Positions 19,804 to 31,300 of a stretch of 64,000 nt of DNA are shown piece after piece. Each line of letters opens with the position of its first letter. Positions within the stretch are counted from its first letter, which is position 1. This DNA comes from Leptolyngbyaceae cyanobacterium. Lineage in GTDB: Bacteria; Cyanobacteriota; Cyanobacteriia; Phormidesmidales; Phormidesmidaceae. The notes under the pieces were generated by a model, which saw only the letters and a program-made list of their open reading frames with translations, did not search any database and was not told the DNA's origin. The translations under genes were made by a program, and so were the position numbers. The stretch lies in NCBI GenBank assembly GCA_965263355.1, contig CBDHHL010000049.1, forward strand, positions 128,001 to 192,000. Reading direction: 5' to 3'.

Positions 19804-22800
19804 ATGTGGACTCTATTTTATCGTAATTCTAGACTCCTAATCCTGACAATTTGTCTCATTTTGATTGTGGGAATTTCTTCCTGGCAGTTAATTCCTCGCA
19901 TGGAAGATCCGGCACTGAGCCAATGGTATGGTTTTGTCTTAACCCCCTATCCTGGAGCCAGTGCTCAAAGAGTGGAATCGTTAGTAACGGAAAAAATTGA
20001 GCAGGAATTATTAACCATTGACTCTATTGAAACAATTAACTCCACGTCTAGTATTGGCAATTCGTTTATTGCTATCAACCTCAAAAATACAGTAACAGAT
20101 TTCGAACAAGTTTGGAGTCAGGTGCGAGATCGCCTTGCCGATGTCACGCCTCAACTCCCCCAAGGTGCTTTCGCCCCCGAATACCAGGAAGTTAACCAAA
20201 GAGCCTACACGCTGATAGTTGCCCTCACCTGGAATCTGGATACTCCAACTAACTATGCTGTCCTACGTCGCTTAGCTGAAGCACTCCAAAATGAATTGCG
20301 TCTTATGCCGGGTACGGAAGCAGTTGATTTAATCAGTGACCCCCTTGAGGAAATTGTGGTCGCCATTAATCCGACCCATTTAGCAGCTTTAAACCTCTCA
20401 CCTCAAGAACTCTCGCAACAAATTCAACTGAGCGATGCCAAAGTGGCAGCTGGTCAACTGCATGAAACCAACAATGAGCTACTTCTGGAAGTCGAAAGCG
20501 AACTTGAGTCTTTACAGCGGATTAGACAGATTCCTATCCGTTCAGGTAATCCAGGACAAGTCGCTTACTTAGGAGATATTGCCTCTGTCACCAAAGGTAT
20601 CAGAGAACCGCCAGCCGAGTTAGCAATTATTAATGGCAAGCCCGGAGTCGCTTTAGCGGTTCGCATGGAAGCTAATCAACGCATCGAGCAATGGACAACC
20701 GATGCACATCAAACATTACAACAATTTCGTCAACGGCAGCCCGCTGGCATTGAGTTGGAAACAGTTTTAGAACAGAGTCGTTATGTCGCCCATCGCCTCA
20801 ATAGTTTGTTCAAAAATCTGCTCCTGGGTGCCCTATTTGTCTTTGCCAGCACCTTGTTGATGATGGGATGGCAACCTGCCTTGGTAGTGGGGTCTGCCTT
20901 ACCTTTATCCATACTAATGGTGCTTGGAAGTATGCAGTTTCTGGGCATTCCTCTACATCAAATATCATTAACGGGTCTGGTAATTGCCCTAGGCATGCTA
21001 ATTGATAACCCAATTGTGATTGTCGATGAAATACAGCATCAACTTAAACAAGGGATACCGATTCAAAAAGCCCTTTCCAACAGTGTAAGTTACCTGGCCA
21101 TTCCTTTATTAGCCTCTAATTTAACGACCATTTTGACATTTGTTCCCATCATTTTACTGCCTGGGGATGCCGGAGAATTTGTGGGTACAGTTGCCCTCAG
21201 TGTTATCCTTGCTTTACTCAGTTCTCTATTCTTATCACTGACCATCATCCCTGCATTGCTGGGCAGGCTATTCTCAAAATCATCCCGACGTAAAAATTCA
21301 AGAAAAAATCCCTTAAACCATATCCAAGTCAGAAACTGGAGTTTCTCCTTTTGGAATCAAGGATTTTCCCACTCCAGCTTAAACCGAATATACAGTTTAA
21401 GCCTGGATTTTATTTTGGCAAAACCTATCTTAGGCATATTACTCGCGTTAGTTTTACCGATCACAGGATTTCTAATGGCGACAAGTCTAACAGAACAATT
21501 TTTTCCCCCAGCCACTAGAGATCAGTTTCATATTGAGTTGGAATTATCATCGTCTGCCTCACTGGAGAAAACTCAGGGTGTTGTTCAAGACGCCCGTGCC
21601 ATTATTTTGAATCATCCTGAAGTGACTAACGTCCATTGGTTTCTCGGGAATGAAGCCCCTGAGTTTTATTACAATCTGCCCAGAAGAAGTGAATCTCGGT
21701 CTAATTATGCCCATGGGATTGTCCAACTCACGTCTGAAAAACATCTCAACCAACTTATCAAGACATTACAAAATGACCTGAATCAAGGGTTGCCCTCCGT
21801 GCGTGTATTGGTCAGAAGACTTGAGCAGGGACCTTATATTGCGGCACCGATTGAACTGCGCCTGTATGGTTCTGATTTGCAAGTTCTTAGAAGACTAGGC
21901 AAACAGATTCGTTTGATTTTAGCCCAAGTGAACGGTATTACCTATACTCGTGCTAGTCTGGCTGAGGCTTTGCCTAAGTTAGCTTTACGTTTAGATGAAG
22001 AACACACTAAATTAACAGGCCTTGATAATACTGCCATTGCCGAACAACTCAATACCAGTCTTGAAGGGGCTTTGGGAGGCTCTATTCTAGAAGATACAGA
22101 AGAGTTACCCGTACGCGTTCGTTTGTCAGATCGCGATCGCAGTGACCTTGATCAAATCACAACTCTAGATTTACTTCCCAGAAACATTGCTGAGAATCGA
22201 TCGCCCATTCCTCTAGCGACTGTTGGTGACATCGAACTTGTCCCAGAGTTGGCAAAAATTACCCGACGCAATGGTCAGCGCGTCAATCGTATTCAGGGCT
22301 TTATTGCCCCTGATATTTTGCCTGCGCTCGTCCTCGAAGATTTCCAACAAAAATTTAGTTCGATTGACCTTCCATTACCCCCTGGCTATTCCTTAGAAAT
22401 TGGGGGAGAATCGGCAGAGCGTGATAAAACTGTGGCAAATCTCATGTCCATTGTGAGTGTCTTGCTGGTGGTAATGTTAGCCACGTTGGTGCTTTCTTTT
22501 AACTCTTTTCGGGCAGCAGGTATTATTACCCTGGTAGGTATCTGTTCGATTGGGTTGGGCCTGTTCTCCCTATGGTGTTTTGGGTATCCCTTTGGGTTTA
22601 TGGCTATCCTGGGTACGGTGGGTCTAATTGGTGTCGCTATCAACGATTCTATTGTGGTGCTTGCCGCTTTACGTACCCAACCGGCAACCTACCAAGGGAA
22701 TCCCCAAGCAATCAAAGGTGTTGTCTTGCGATCTACGCGCCATGTTCTGACCACCACAATTACAACGGTCGCCGGATTTATGCCTTTACTATTTTCAGGC

Positions 22801-22920
22801 AGTGATTTCTGGGCTCCGTTGGCGATTTGTATTGTTGGCGGCATTGGTGGTGCCACACTTCTAGCTCTCTACTTTGTTCCTTGTATTGTCATGTATACCT
22901 TCAAATATCGGAGCCACTAA
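19804..22920 (+). CDS. RND efflux permease (AcrB/MdtB-like)
   Basis: 1038 aa with YPGAS..VE..VT, IALGMLIDNPIV, GVAINDSIV, RHVLTTTITTVAG. Confidence 0.95.
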   Translation: MWTLFYRNSRLLILTICLILIVGISSWQLIPRMEDPALSQWYGFVLTPYPGASAQRVESLVTEKIEQELLTIDSIETINSTSSIGNSFIAINLKNTVTDFEQVWSQVRDRLADVTPQLPQGAFAPEYQEVNQRAYTLIVALTWNLDTPTNYAVLRRLAEALQNELRLMPGTEAVDLISDPLEEIVVAINPTHLAALNLSPQELSQQIQLSDAKVAAGQLHETNNELLLEVESELESLQRIRQIPIRSGNPGQVAYLGDIASVTKGIREPPAELAIINGKPGVALAVRMEANQRIEQWTTDAHQTLQQFRQRQPAGIELETVLEQSRYVAHRLNSLFKNLLLGALFVFASTLLMMGWQPALVVGSALPLSILMVLGSMQFLGIPLHQISLTGLVIALGMLIDNPIVIVDEIQHQLKQGIPIQKALSNSVSYLAIPLLASNLTTILTFVPIILLPGDAGEFVGTVALSVILALLSSLFLSLTIIPALLGRLFSKSSRRKNSRKNPLNHIQVRNWSFSFWNQGFSHSSLNRIYSLSLDFILAKPILGILLALVLPITGFLMATSLTEQFFPPATRDQFHIELELSSSASLEKTQGVVQDARAIILNHPEVTNVHWFLGNEAPEFYYNLPRRSESRSNYAHGIVQLTSEKHLNQLIKTLQNDLNQGLPSVRVLVRRLEQGPYIAAPIELRLYGSDLQVLRRLGKQIRLILAQVNGITYTRASLAEALPKLALRLDEEHTKLTGLDNTAIAEQLNTSLEGALGGSILEDTEELPVRVRLSDRDRSDLDQITTLDLLPRNIAENRSPIPLATVGDIELVPELAKITRRNGQRVNRIQGFIAPDILPALVLEDFQQKFSSIDLPLPPGYSLEIGGESAERDKTVANLMSIVSVLLVVMLATLVLSFNSFRAAGIITLVGICSIGLGLFSLWCFGYPFGFMAILGTVGLIGVAINDSIVVLAALRTQPATYQGNPQAIKGVVLRSTRHVLTTTITTVAGFMPLLFSGSDFWAPLAICIVGGIGGATLLALYFVPCIVMYTFKYRSH

Positions 22921-23017
22921 CATTTAGTCAGAGATAGCTAAAACTGGTTTCTTCGTATCTGCTTGACGTTATTACTAATAACGCTTCACAAACAATCTAC
23001 ATCACTCTTGTGGAAAG

Positions 23018-23056
23018 ACCTGACTAAACCTGACATTAAACCTGAATAAACCTGTA
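23018..23056 (+). promoter_or_regulatory. ACCTGAC direct-repeat array upstream of the FAAL-PKS operon
   Basis: ACCTGAC 23018, ACCTGAC 23028, ACCTGAA 23040, ACCTGTA 23050 (spacing 10-12-10). Confidence 0.7.
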
Positions 23057-23145
23057 TTTTCACCACTGAAAATTTGCGTGATTATGGTGGAAACACAAAA
23101 TACAGCGACACTAACACAAGTTCTCCTAGAAAGGACAGAGTCAAC

Positions 23146-25266
23146 ATGTTGTTATCGCACACGAACCAGAGAAATCTTTTGCAGGATGGTTTAAGCTTGA
23201 GCCTGATTGATGTATTCCTGAGGCAGATACAGGAGCAACCTGGTCAGCTTGCTTACACATTCCTAAAAGATGGCGAGGTTGAAACAACCCAGCTAACCTA
23301 TGGGAAACTGGGAACTCGGGTGCAGGCGATCGCAACCCATCTACAGTCCACACTATCGTCGGGAGAACGTGTCCTACTGTTGATTCCACCGGGTCTTGAG
23401 TTCGTTACAGCATTTTGGGGCTGCCTGTGTGCCAAGGTGATTGCGGTACCGGCCTATCCACCCCGACGTAATCAGCATCTGGAAAGAATTTTAGCGATTG
23501 TGCAAGATGCACAGCCCAGTCTGATTCTCACAGTCTCTGATCTGCTTGAGAGTCTTCGTTCAAAGTTTCCAGACTCCCCCCTAAGCCAACTACGCTTTCT
23601 CACCATTGATACGCTGCCCGATCACCTCGCCAGCGATTGGCAGCCAGTCGCCGTGAGTCCAGATACGTTAGCGCTTTTGCAATACACCTCAGGGTCAACT
23701 GGCTTACCTAAAGGCGCAATGGTTGCCCATGATAACTTGATGCACAATTGCCAGCTCATTCAAAATGCGGTTGAGCTCTCTGCTGAAAATCGGTCAGTTT
23801 CATGGTTACCGCCTTATCACGATATGGGGTTAATCAATGGACTCATTCAACCCCTATATACAGGCTGTTCGTCGATTTTAATGTCACCCACGGCCTTTCT
23901 GCAGAAGCCTATTCGTTGGTTGCAAGCGATTAGCACATTTCGTGCCACCCACAGTGGTGCCCCTAATTTTGCCTATGAACTCTGTGTTCAACGAATTCGT
24001 CCTGAACAGAAAGAGACCCTGGATTTAACCTCGTGGAAAGTTGCGTTTAATGGGGCAGAACCCATCCAAGCTCACGTCATGGAGAGGTTTGCTGATGCTT
24101 TTGGCGACTGTGGTTTTCAAAAACAAGCCTTTATGCCCTGTTATGGCTTAGCGGAATCTACGCTCATGGTGAGTTGGCAACCTATTCACCAAGCGCCCAA
24201 ATCCGTTACAGTTAGCACCCCTAATTTGGCGGACGGATATATTGAGCTGGTGAGTAACCGCTCTACTGATTCGACTCAATCCCTGGTGAGCTGTGGTGCT
24301 CCAGCAACAGACCTAACGGTACGGATCGTCAATCCTCAAACAGGACAAAGGTGTGCAGCTGGTACTATTGGCGAGATTTGGGTCGCGGGTGCTAGCGTTA
24401 CGCAGGGGTACTGGCAGCAACCAGAATTGACCCAAAAGACATTTCAGGCTTACTTGAGCGATGTCAAAGAAGGCCCCTTTTTACGTACCGGCGATTTGGG
24501 CTGCTTGCTCGCAGGTGAACTTTTTATCACGGGTCGCCTCAAAGAGTTGATTATTATCCGAGGTCGCAATTACTATCCTCACGATATTGAGCGGGTTGCA
24601 GAAAACAGTCATCCAGCCTTGCAACCCCAGAGTGGCGCTGCATTCTCAGTAACGATGGATGGTCAGGAGCAACTCATTGTCATTTACGAGGTAAACAGGA
24701 GCTATCTCCGCAAACTGAATGTGGCTGAAATTGCCAAAGCTGTTCGGCAAGCGGTATCGGTTCAGTTTGAACTTGCGGTTCACACTGTCGTACTGCTGAG
24801 ACCCAATAGTCTCTTAAAGACCTCAAGTGGCAAGGTTAGACGGTTGGCATGTCGTCAGGCATTTTTACAAGAAAGCCTTACCGTGGTGGGTCGGGATCAG
24901 CTAAAAACTTCAGAAATTCCCAGCGATACAGAGGTACCCCTTTTAGGGGCACGTTCATCGAGATCAGTTAAGGTGCCTGCTCAAATGACTGAGCATGACA
25001 TCCAAGATTGGTTGCGATCACGCGTAGCCCATTACTTAAAGATTGACCCTCATCAAGTTGCTTTGGAAGAGCCCCTAGCCTCCTATGGTTTAGAGTCTGC
25101 GGTAGTGGTCACGGTCACTGCAGAATTAGAAGAACTCTTGGGGTATGAGCTAGATCCAGCCTTTTTATTCTGGGAATATCCAACCATTCAAGAGATGGCC
25201 ATTTACCTTTCAACAAACGCGGTTTCCGAAGCAGCGCCGCGTCATAGTCACGCAGACGTTATTTGA
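23146..25266 (+). CDS. Fatty acyl-AMP ligase (FAAL) fused to ACP: PKS loading module
   Basis: AYTFL, LQYTSGSTGLPKG, SWLPPYHDMGL, PCYGLAESTL, FLRTGDLG, GRNYYPHDIE, KTSSGK, then ACP YGLESA...YPTI. ATG at 23146 preferred to the track TTG at 23074. Confidence 0.93.
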   Translation: MLLSHTNQRNLLQDGLSLSLIDVFLRQIQEQPGQLAYTFLKDGEVETTQLTYGKLGTRVQAIATHLQSTLSSGERVLLLIPPGLEFVTAFWGCLCAKVIAVPAYPPRRNQHLERILAIVQDAQPSLILTVSDLLESLRSKFPDSPLSQLRFLTIDTLPDHLASDWQPVAVSPDTLALLQYTSGSTGLPKGAMVAHDNLMHNCQLIQNAVELSAENRSVSWLPPYHDMGLINGLIQPLYTGCSSILMSPTAFLQKPIRWLQAISTFRATHSGAPNFAYELCVQRIRPEQKETLDLTSWKVAFNGAEPIQAHVMERFADAFGDCGFQKQAFMPCYGLAESTLMVSWQPIHQAPKSVTVSTPNLADGYIELVSNRSTDSTQSLVSCGAPATDLTVRIVNPQTGQRCAAGTIGEIWVAGASVTQGYWQQPELTQKTFQAYLSDVKEGPFLRTGDLGCLLAGELFITGRLKELIIIRGRNYYPHDIERVAENSHPALQPQSGAAFSVTMDGQEQLIVIYEVNRSYLRKLNVAEIAKAVRQAVSVQFELAVHTVVLLRPNSLLKTSSGKVRRLACRQAFLQESLTVVGRDQLKTSEIPSDTEVPLLGARSSRSVKVPAQMTEHDIQDWLRSRVAHYLKIDPHQVALEEPLASYGLESAVVVTVTAELEELLGYELDPAFLFWEYPTIQEMAIYLSTNAVSEAAPRHSHADVI

Positions 25267-25317
25267 AGACTAAATCCCAAGCTGAGTTGATGCACAGATT
25301 GTTGGCCAACGCGTTTA

Positions 25318-28300
25318 ATGAACAATTCTAAAATGACACACGCTTCTGACCCCATCGCAATTATTGGTACAGCCTGCCGCGTCCCAGGTGCTTGTAATCT
25401 AGATGATTTTTGGCACCTATTATCGACAGGTCAAGATCAAATTTCGATTTTATCTCCTCAACGTTGGTCACTTGCGCGTCCTCATCTTTCAGCACAGGAT
25501 CTGGAGAGTATTCGAAAACAATCACCAGTCTGTTGGGGTGGATTTCTCAGTCAAGTTGATCAGTTCGACCCATCATTTTTTGGTATCTCAGCCCGCGAAG
25601 CTGTGAGCATGTCTCCTCAACACCGAGTGTTATTGGAGGTAGCTTGGGAAACATTGGAAGATGCTGCTCTGAGACCGGATCAACTCAATAAAACAAATAC
25701 AGGTGTCTTTTTAGGATTAACGAATCGGGATTATTCTCACTTGGCTTGGAATCATCATGATCTAAAGGATCCTTATTTAACAACAGGAAACAGTTCAAGC
25801 ATTGCCGCTAACCGAATTTCTTATTTGTTGAATCTGTCGGGACCTTGTGTTGTTGTTGATACGGCTTGTTCCTCATCATTAGTTGCCATTCATCTGGCCT
25901 GTCAAAGCATACGAGCCGGTGAATCAACCATGGCGTTTGCCGGAGGCGTTAACTTAACGCTCGATCCCGATCTGATGTTTAACCTGGCTGCAGGTGGATT
26001 TCAGGCACCCGATGGGCGCTGTAAAACCTTTGATAGTCGTGCCGATGGCTATGTGCGGGGGGAAGGTGCAGGTCTTGTATTACTAAAGCCACTGGCTCAA
26101 GCCTTAACCGATGGGGATCCGATTCATGCCCTGATCTTGGGCAGTGCCGTAAACCAAGATGGACGCACTCAGGGGATTACAGCCCCTAAGCCAACAGCAC
26201 AAGAAGCCGTTGTAAGGCAGGCGTATCAACAAGCCGGTGTCTCTCCAGGTCAAGTGCAATATGTGGAAACCCATGGGACAGGAACAAAGCTGGGTGACCC
26301 TATCGAACTAGGGGCTCTGGGTAAAGTTCTTAAAGATGGGCGTAACCCTGACGATGTCTGTTTAGTGGGTGCGGTCAAAACCAATATTGGCCATCTTGAG
26401 GCGGCGTCAGGGATTGCCGGACTAATTAAAGTTGTCCTATCGCTCCAGCATCGTCAAATACCGCCCAACTTACATTTTCAATCCCCAAATCCCTATATTC
26501 CCTTTGGTAAGCTCCCGGTCGAGGTTCCTCAAGCGCTTACGGCCTGGCCTAGTTATGGAGATGATGCGATCGCAGGTGTAAGCGCCTTTAGCTTCGGTGG
26601 CACCAACGCCCATGTTGTTTTACAAGCAGCGCCCCATCGTGAGAAACCTGTAATTCAGATCGAGCGGCCGCTACATCTTCTCACTCTCTCAGCCAAAAGC
26701 ACAACAGCCCTCAAGGACTTTGCCCAACGCTATGAAAAGCATTTGCAATACCATACAGAGCAAACGCTAGGCGACATTTGCTATACCGCCAACATCGGGC
26801 GGGCTCATCATGATTGTCGCCTTGCGATTGTGAGCACTTCAAAAACCGACTTAATGGCAAAGTTAAAGGCTTTTGAACTTGGAGAAGATAACTCAAGTTT
26901 TCTTGAAGAACAGCGATCACCCAATACTCAATCTAATATCGCCTTTCTCTTTACCGGTCAAGGCTCCCAGTATGTAGATATGGGCCGAGAACTGTATGAA
27001 ACCCAACTCACCTTCGGGCGAGCATTGGATCAGTGTGCCGATATTTTGCATGAGGTCAATGTGCCTCTGTTAGAGGTGCTGTATGACCAGGCAGAAGGCG
27101 ATGAGCAGAAGATAAATAACACTGCCTACACTCAACCCGCCTTGTTTGCCCTGGAATATGCGCTGTATAAGCTATGGCAATCATGGGGGATCAACCCTTC
27201 TGTCGTGATGGGGCACAGTGTGGGGGAATATGTAGCGGCCTGTGTGGCGGGTGTCTTTAGCCTGGAAGATGGCCTTAAGCTGATTGCGGCGCGGGGTCGT
27301 CTGATGCAGCAGTTGCCCAGTGGGGGTGGCATGGTATCGTTGATGGCTTCGGTGGAGCAGGTTAAAACAGTCATCGCGGATCAACCAGACGGAACCATTG
27401 CAGCAATAAATGGTCCACAGAGTACGGTTATCTCAGGGCCGATACCAGCGCTTCAAACAATGGTTGAGCAGTTCGCGAGAGCGGGCGTTAAAGGTAAGTT
27501 TTTGTCTGTTTCCCATGCTTTCCATTCGCCGTTGATGGCACCGATGCTGGCTGAGTTTGAGCAAGTAGCCAAGCAGGTCAGTTATTCACCCCCCAAACTC
27601 AAACTGATTTCCAATGTTACCGGCCAGGTGGTTACCGAGGCTGTTGCTACCCCTGACTATTGGTGTGAGCATATTCTGGCCCCGGTTAATTTTGCGGCGG
27701 GAATGGAGCGTCTACAACAAGAGGAGATTAATATTTTTCTCGAATGTGGGCCTCAACCGGTTCTGTTGGGTATGGGTCGGCAATGTCTATCTGAAGATGA
27801 GGAGATAGCCTGGCTACCGTCTCTCAGACCAGGTCAAAACGATTGGCAACAAATACTATCTAGTCTAGGCAAACTCTATATCTGTGGGGTAAACATTGAC
27901 TGGATAGGCTTTGATCAGGACTATCCCAAACGCCGTAAAGTCACGTTGCCGACTTATCCCTTTCAACGGCAACATTACTGGATTGAAGCTGTTAAACAAT
28001 CAATGATTGGTCAGCGGGCTGATAAGCTAATCCATCCTCTTTTGGGACAACAGCTCTTTCTGCCAACGTCTCAAGAAATCCACTTTGAGGCAAATCTGAA
28101 TAAGAATTCACCCGCTTATCTAGGAGACCATCTAGTTTTTGATCAACTGGTTTTTCTCGGCGCAGGTTATTTGGAGATGGCTCTAGCAGCTAGTCTACAG
28201 ATTTTCCAGTGTCAAACTCTAGTGTTAGAGGACGTCAGCTTTGTTAAAGCTCTCGTTTTACCCAGCAACGGTGAAGATGTATCGTTGCATCTGGTCATGA

Positions 28301-31300
28301 AGTTAGAGAGCGACCAGTTTGAAAGGTCCATAGCTACCTGGCAGATTTTTAGTCTGAATAATCAATCTGGCACTGAAGAGTCTGATTGGATATTACATGC
28401 TCGTGGCAAAGCAATCCCACAACAAGCTGATGTAGCAACGGCACCAACTTGCGATTTAACTGCTCTCAAGGCCCGTTTTCCAGAAGAGTTTAACCAGAAT
28501 GTATACGATCAGGCACTAGGTTTATCTTATGGTCCTTTATTGCGCCACATCAAACAAATTTGGCTGGCCCAAGGTGAAGCTCTAGGCCATATTCAACTAC
28601 AAGATATGTTAGCTCTGGAGACAGAGCAGTATGTCTTGCACCCAGCTCTGTTGGATAGTTGTTTTCAAACCATGTTTACTCTAGTGGGAAACCACGATCA
28701 GAGTTTCCACATCTCAGAGAATCCTTACTTGCCAGTTGGTATCTCTCGTCTAACGCTACACCGTATGCCAACAACAGAGGTTTGGAGTCAAGGTCTACTA
28801 AACACCACCGATCTTGCCAACTCCCAGCAATCATCAACCGACATTAATTTATTTACACCCCAAGGTGAGGCAGTTGTAACCATTGAGGGTCTAAAGGCAC
28901 GTAAAACTTCAATTCAGGAGTTATTTAGTCACCAGCCCCAGGAGCCCCAGCCAGTTTATCAGGTTGAATGGCGCTCCCAGGCTCGTTTCGGTCGGTTGGC
29001 ATCTCCTGCATTCCTGCTGTCCTCGACTGAACTCAACACAGCCTTAGCTCTGCAGGTGCAAACCCTTTTGTTGGAAAATTCGACTCTGCATCAGCAGTAT
29101 GCGGATCTTTTCCCATTCTTAGAGTCAGCCAGTTTGCACTTCATTGTGAATGCTCTGAACACACTGGGCTGGACCTATCCACCGGGCGAACAGTTGCAAC
29201 TTAAACAGGTCGCCCAACGCTTGGGCATCGTGCCTCAACATCATCGTTTGTTGGGTCGTCTATTGGAAATACTGGTAGAAGCAGATATCCTCACTCACCA
29301 GCAAGGCCAATGGCAGGTTCTAAAATCGTTACCCACTGCCGAAACAATCCCCCCTTCTAGTTCGCTGGTGACAGAGTCTGCTGAATGGCAACTGCTGGAG
29401 CGCTGTGGCAGCCAATTGGCCGCCGTCTTACGGGGTGCTATTGATCCTGTGCAACTGGTCTTTCCAGGTGGTGACTTGAGTCATGCCACCCGGCTCTATC
29501 AGGACTCACCCACCGCTCAAAGCTTCAATCGTCTGGTGCAGCAGGTTGTGACGACAGCTGTGGCCAACTGCCCGGCCAATAGAGGCTTACGTATCCTTGA
29601 AATTGGTGCAGGCACTGGTGGTACCACCAGTGCTCTCCTACCCCATCTATCTGCTGAAAAAACCTGTTATTGCTTCACCGATATCGGTGCAATGTTTACC
29701 CAAAAAGCGCAAGAACGGTTTTGGGAAGCGTATCCTTTTGTCACCTATCAAACCCTTGATATTGAACAAAACCCCAGCGATCAGGGATTTGAGATGCAGC
29801 AACAGGATATCGTGATTGCGGCCAATGTGCTGCATGCTACCCGTGACCTTAAACAGACCTTAAGTCATGTGCGACAGCTCTTGGCACCGGGGGGGCTGCT
29901 GGTGCTGCTGGAGGGGACTGCCCGTCAACGCTGGGTAGATTTGATTTTTGGCTTACTCGATGGCTGGTGGCGCTTTAGCGATCGCGACCTACGACCGGAC
30001 TATCCCCTACTCAATCGTGCTCAGTGGCAACAGACCTTAACAGAAACTGGTTTTGAGTCGGTCACGGTACTACCGAGCGAGGGTGTGGGAGATGATCTGG
30101 GACAAGCGGTCATCGTTGCCCAAACAGACTTATCAGCAGCTGTTGAATCTGAGCTTGAGCCTACTAAGGGGTGGCTGCTTCTTGCAGACCAGCAAGGTGT
30201 GGCGCAACAAATAGCACAGCAATTGGAAGCTAAAGGCGAACGCTTTATCGTGGTGTCGCAGGTGCCCCAGGACATGGCAGGGTATCAGCACTTGGTAGCC
30301 CAGATACAGACGCCAGAGACTGAACTAAAGGGCGTGATTCATTGTTGGGGATTAGAAACAGAAAATATCCAGACAATGGATACCCAGACCTTGGCAGACG
30401 CATTTCGGTTAGGCTGTGGCACTCTGTTGCCTTTAGTTCAGGCGTTGGTCCAGCAAGAAGCAACCCCCAGACTTTGGATTGTTACCCGTGGCGCACAAGC
30501 GGTGGGGACTGTCTCAGAAAACCTATCGGGTGTGAGTCAGGCTTCGCTGTGGGGCATGGGCAAAGTCATTGCTTTGGAGCATCCTGAATTCCACTGCACC
30601 TGTATTGATCTAGATGTGGACACAGCGGTTGAAGATCAAGCCGAGCAGCTCTGGGCTGAGGTCTGGTCAGGCGAGAGCGAAGATCAGGTAGCCCTGCGAC
30701 AAGATGAGCGCTTTGTTGCCAGGCTAACTAGAAGTGAGCCATTGGTACCTGCTGAAAATGAAGATGCGATGACCCTATCTGAGGGGACTTATCTAATTAC
30801 TGGAGGGCTGGGTGGCTTAGGGCTATTGGTTGCCGATTGGTTTATTGACCATCAGGCCAAGCATCTAGTCCTAGTCAATCGAAGCGCTCCCAGCGAATCT
30901 GTCCAGGCTCAACTGCAGAAATTTAGAGAGAAAGGCGCTCAGATAACTGTTGCCCAAGCCGATGTCACTGATACATCAGCGATGGCCACGATTATTGATA
31001 GCATCCGACAATCAGATTTTCTGCTCAAAGGCATCATCCATGCCGCTGGGGTGCTCGATGATGGCACCTTACTGCAACAAAGTTGGTCTAAGTTTGCCAC
31101 GGTTCTAGGTCCCAAGGTGCAGGGTGCTTGGAATTTGCATCAGCTCACCCAGTCAGAGCCGCTGGACTTTTTTGTTTCATTCTCATCAGTTGCGGCGTTG
31201 CTCGGGTCTCCTGGTCAAGCCAATCATGCCGCTGCCAACGCCTTCCTGGATCGTCTGGCTCACTACCGGCAATCCTTAGGGTTAGCAGGTCAAAGTTTTC

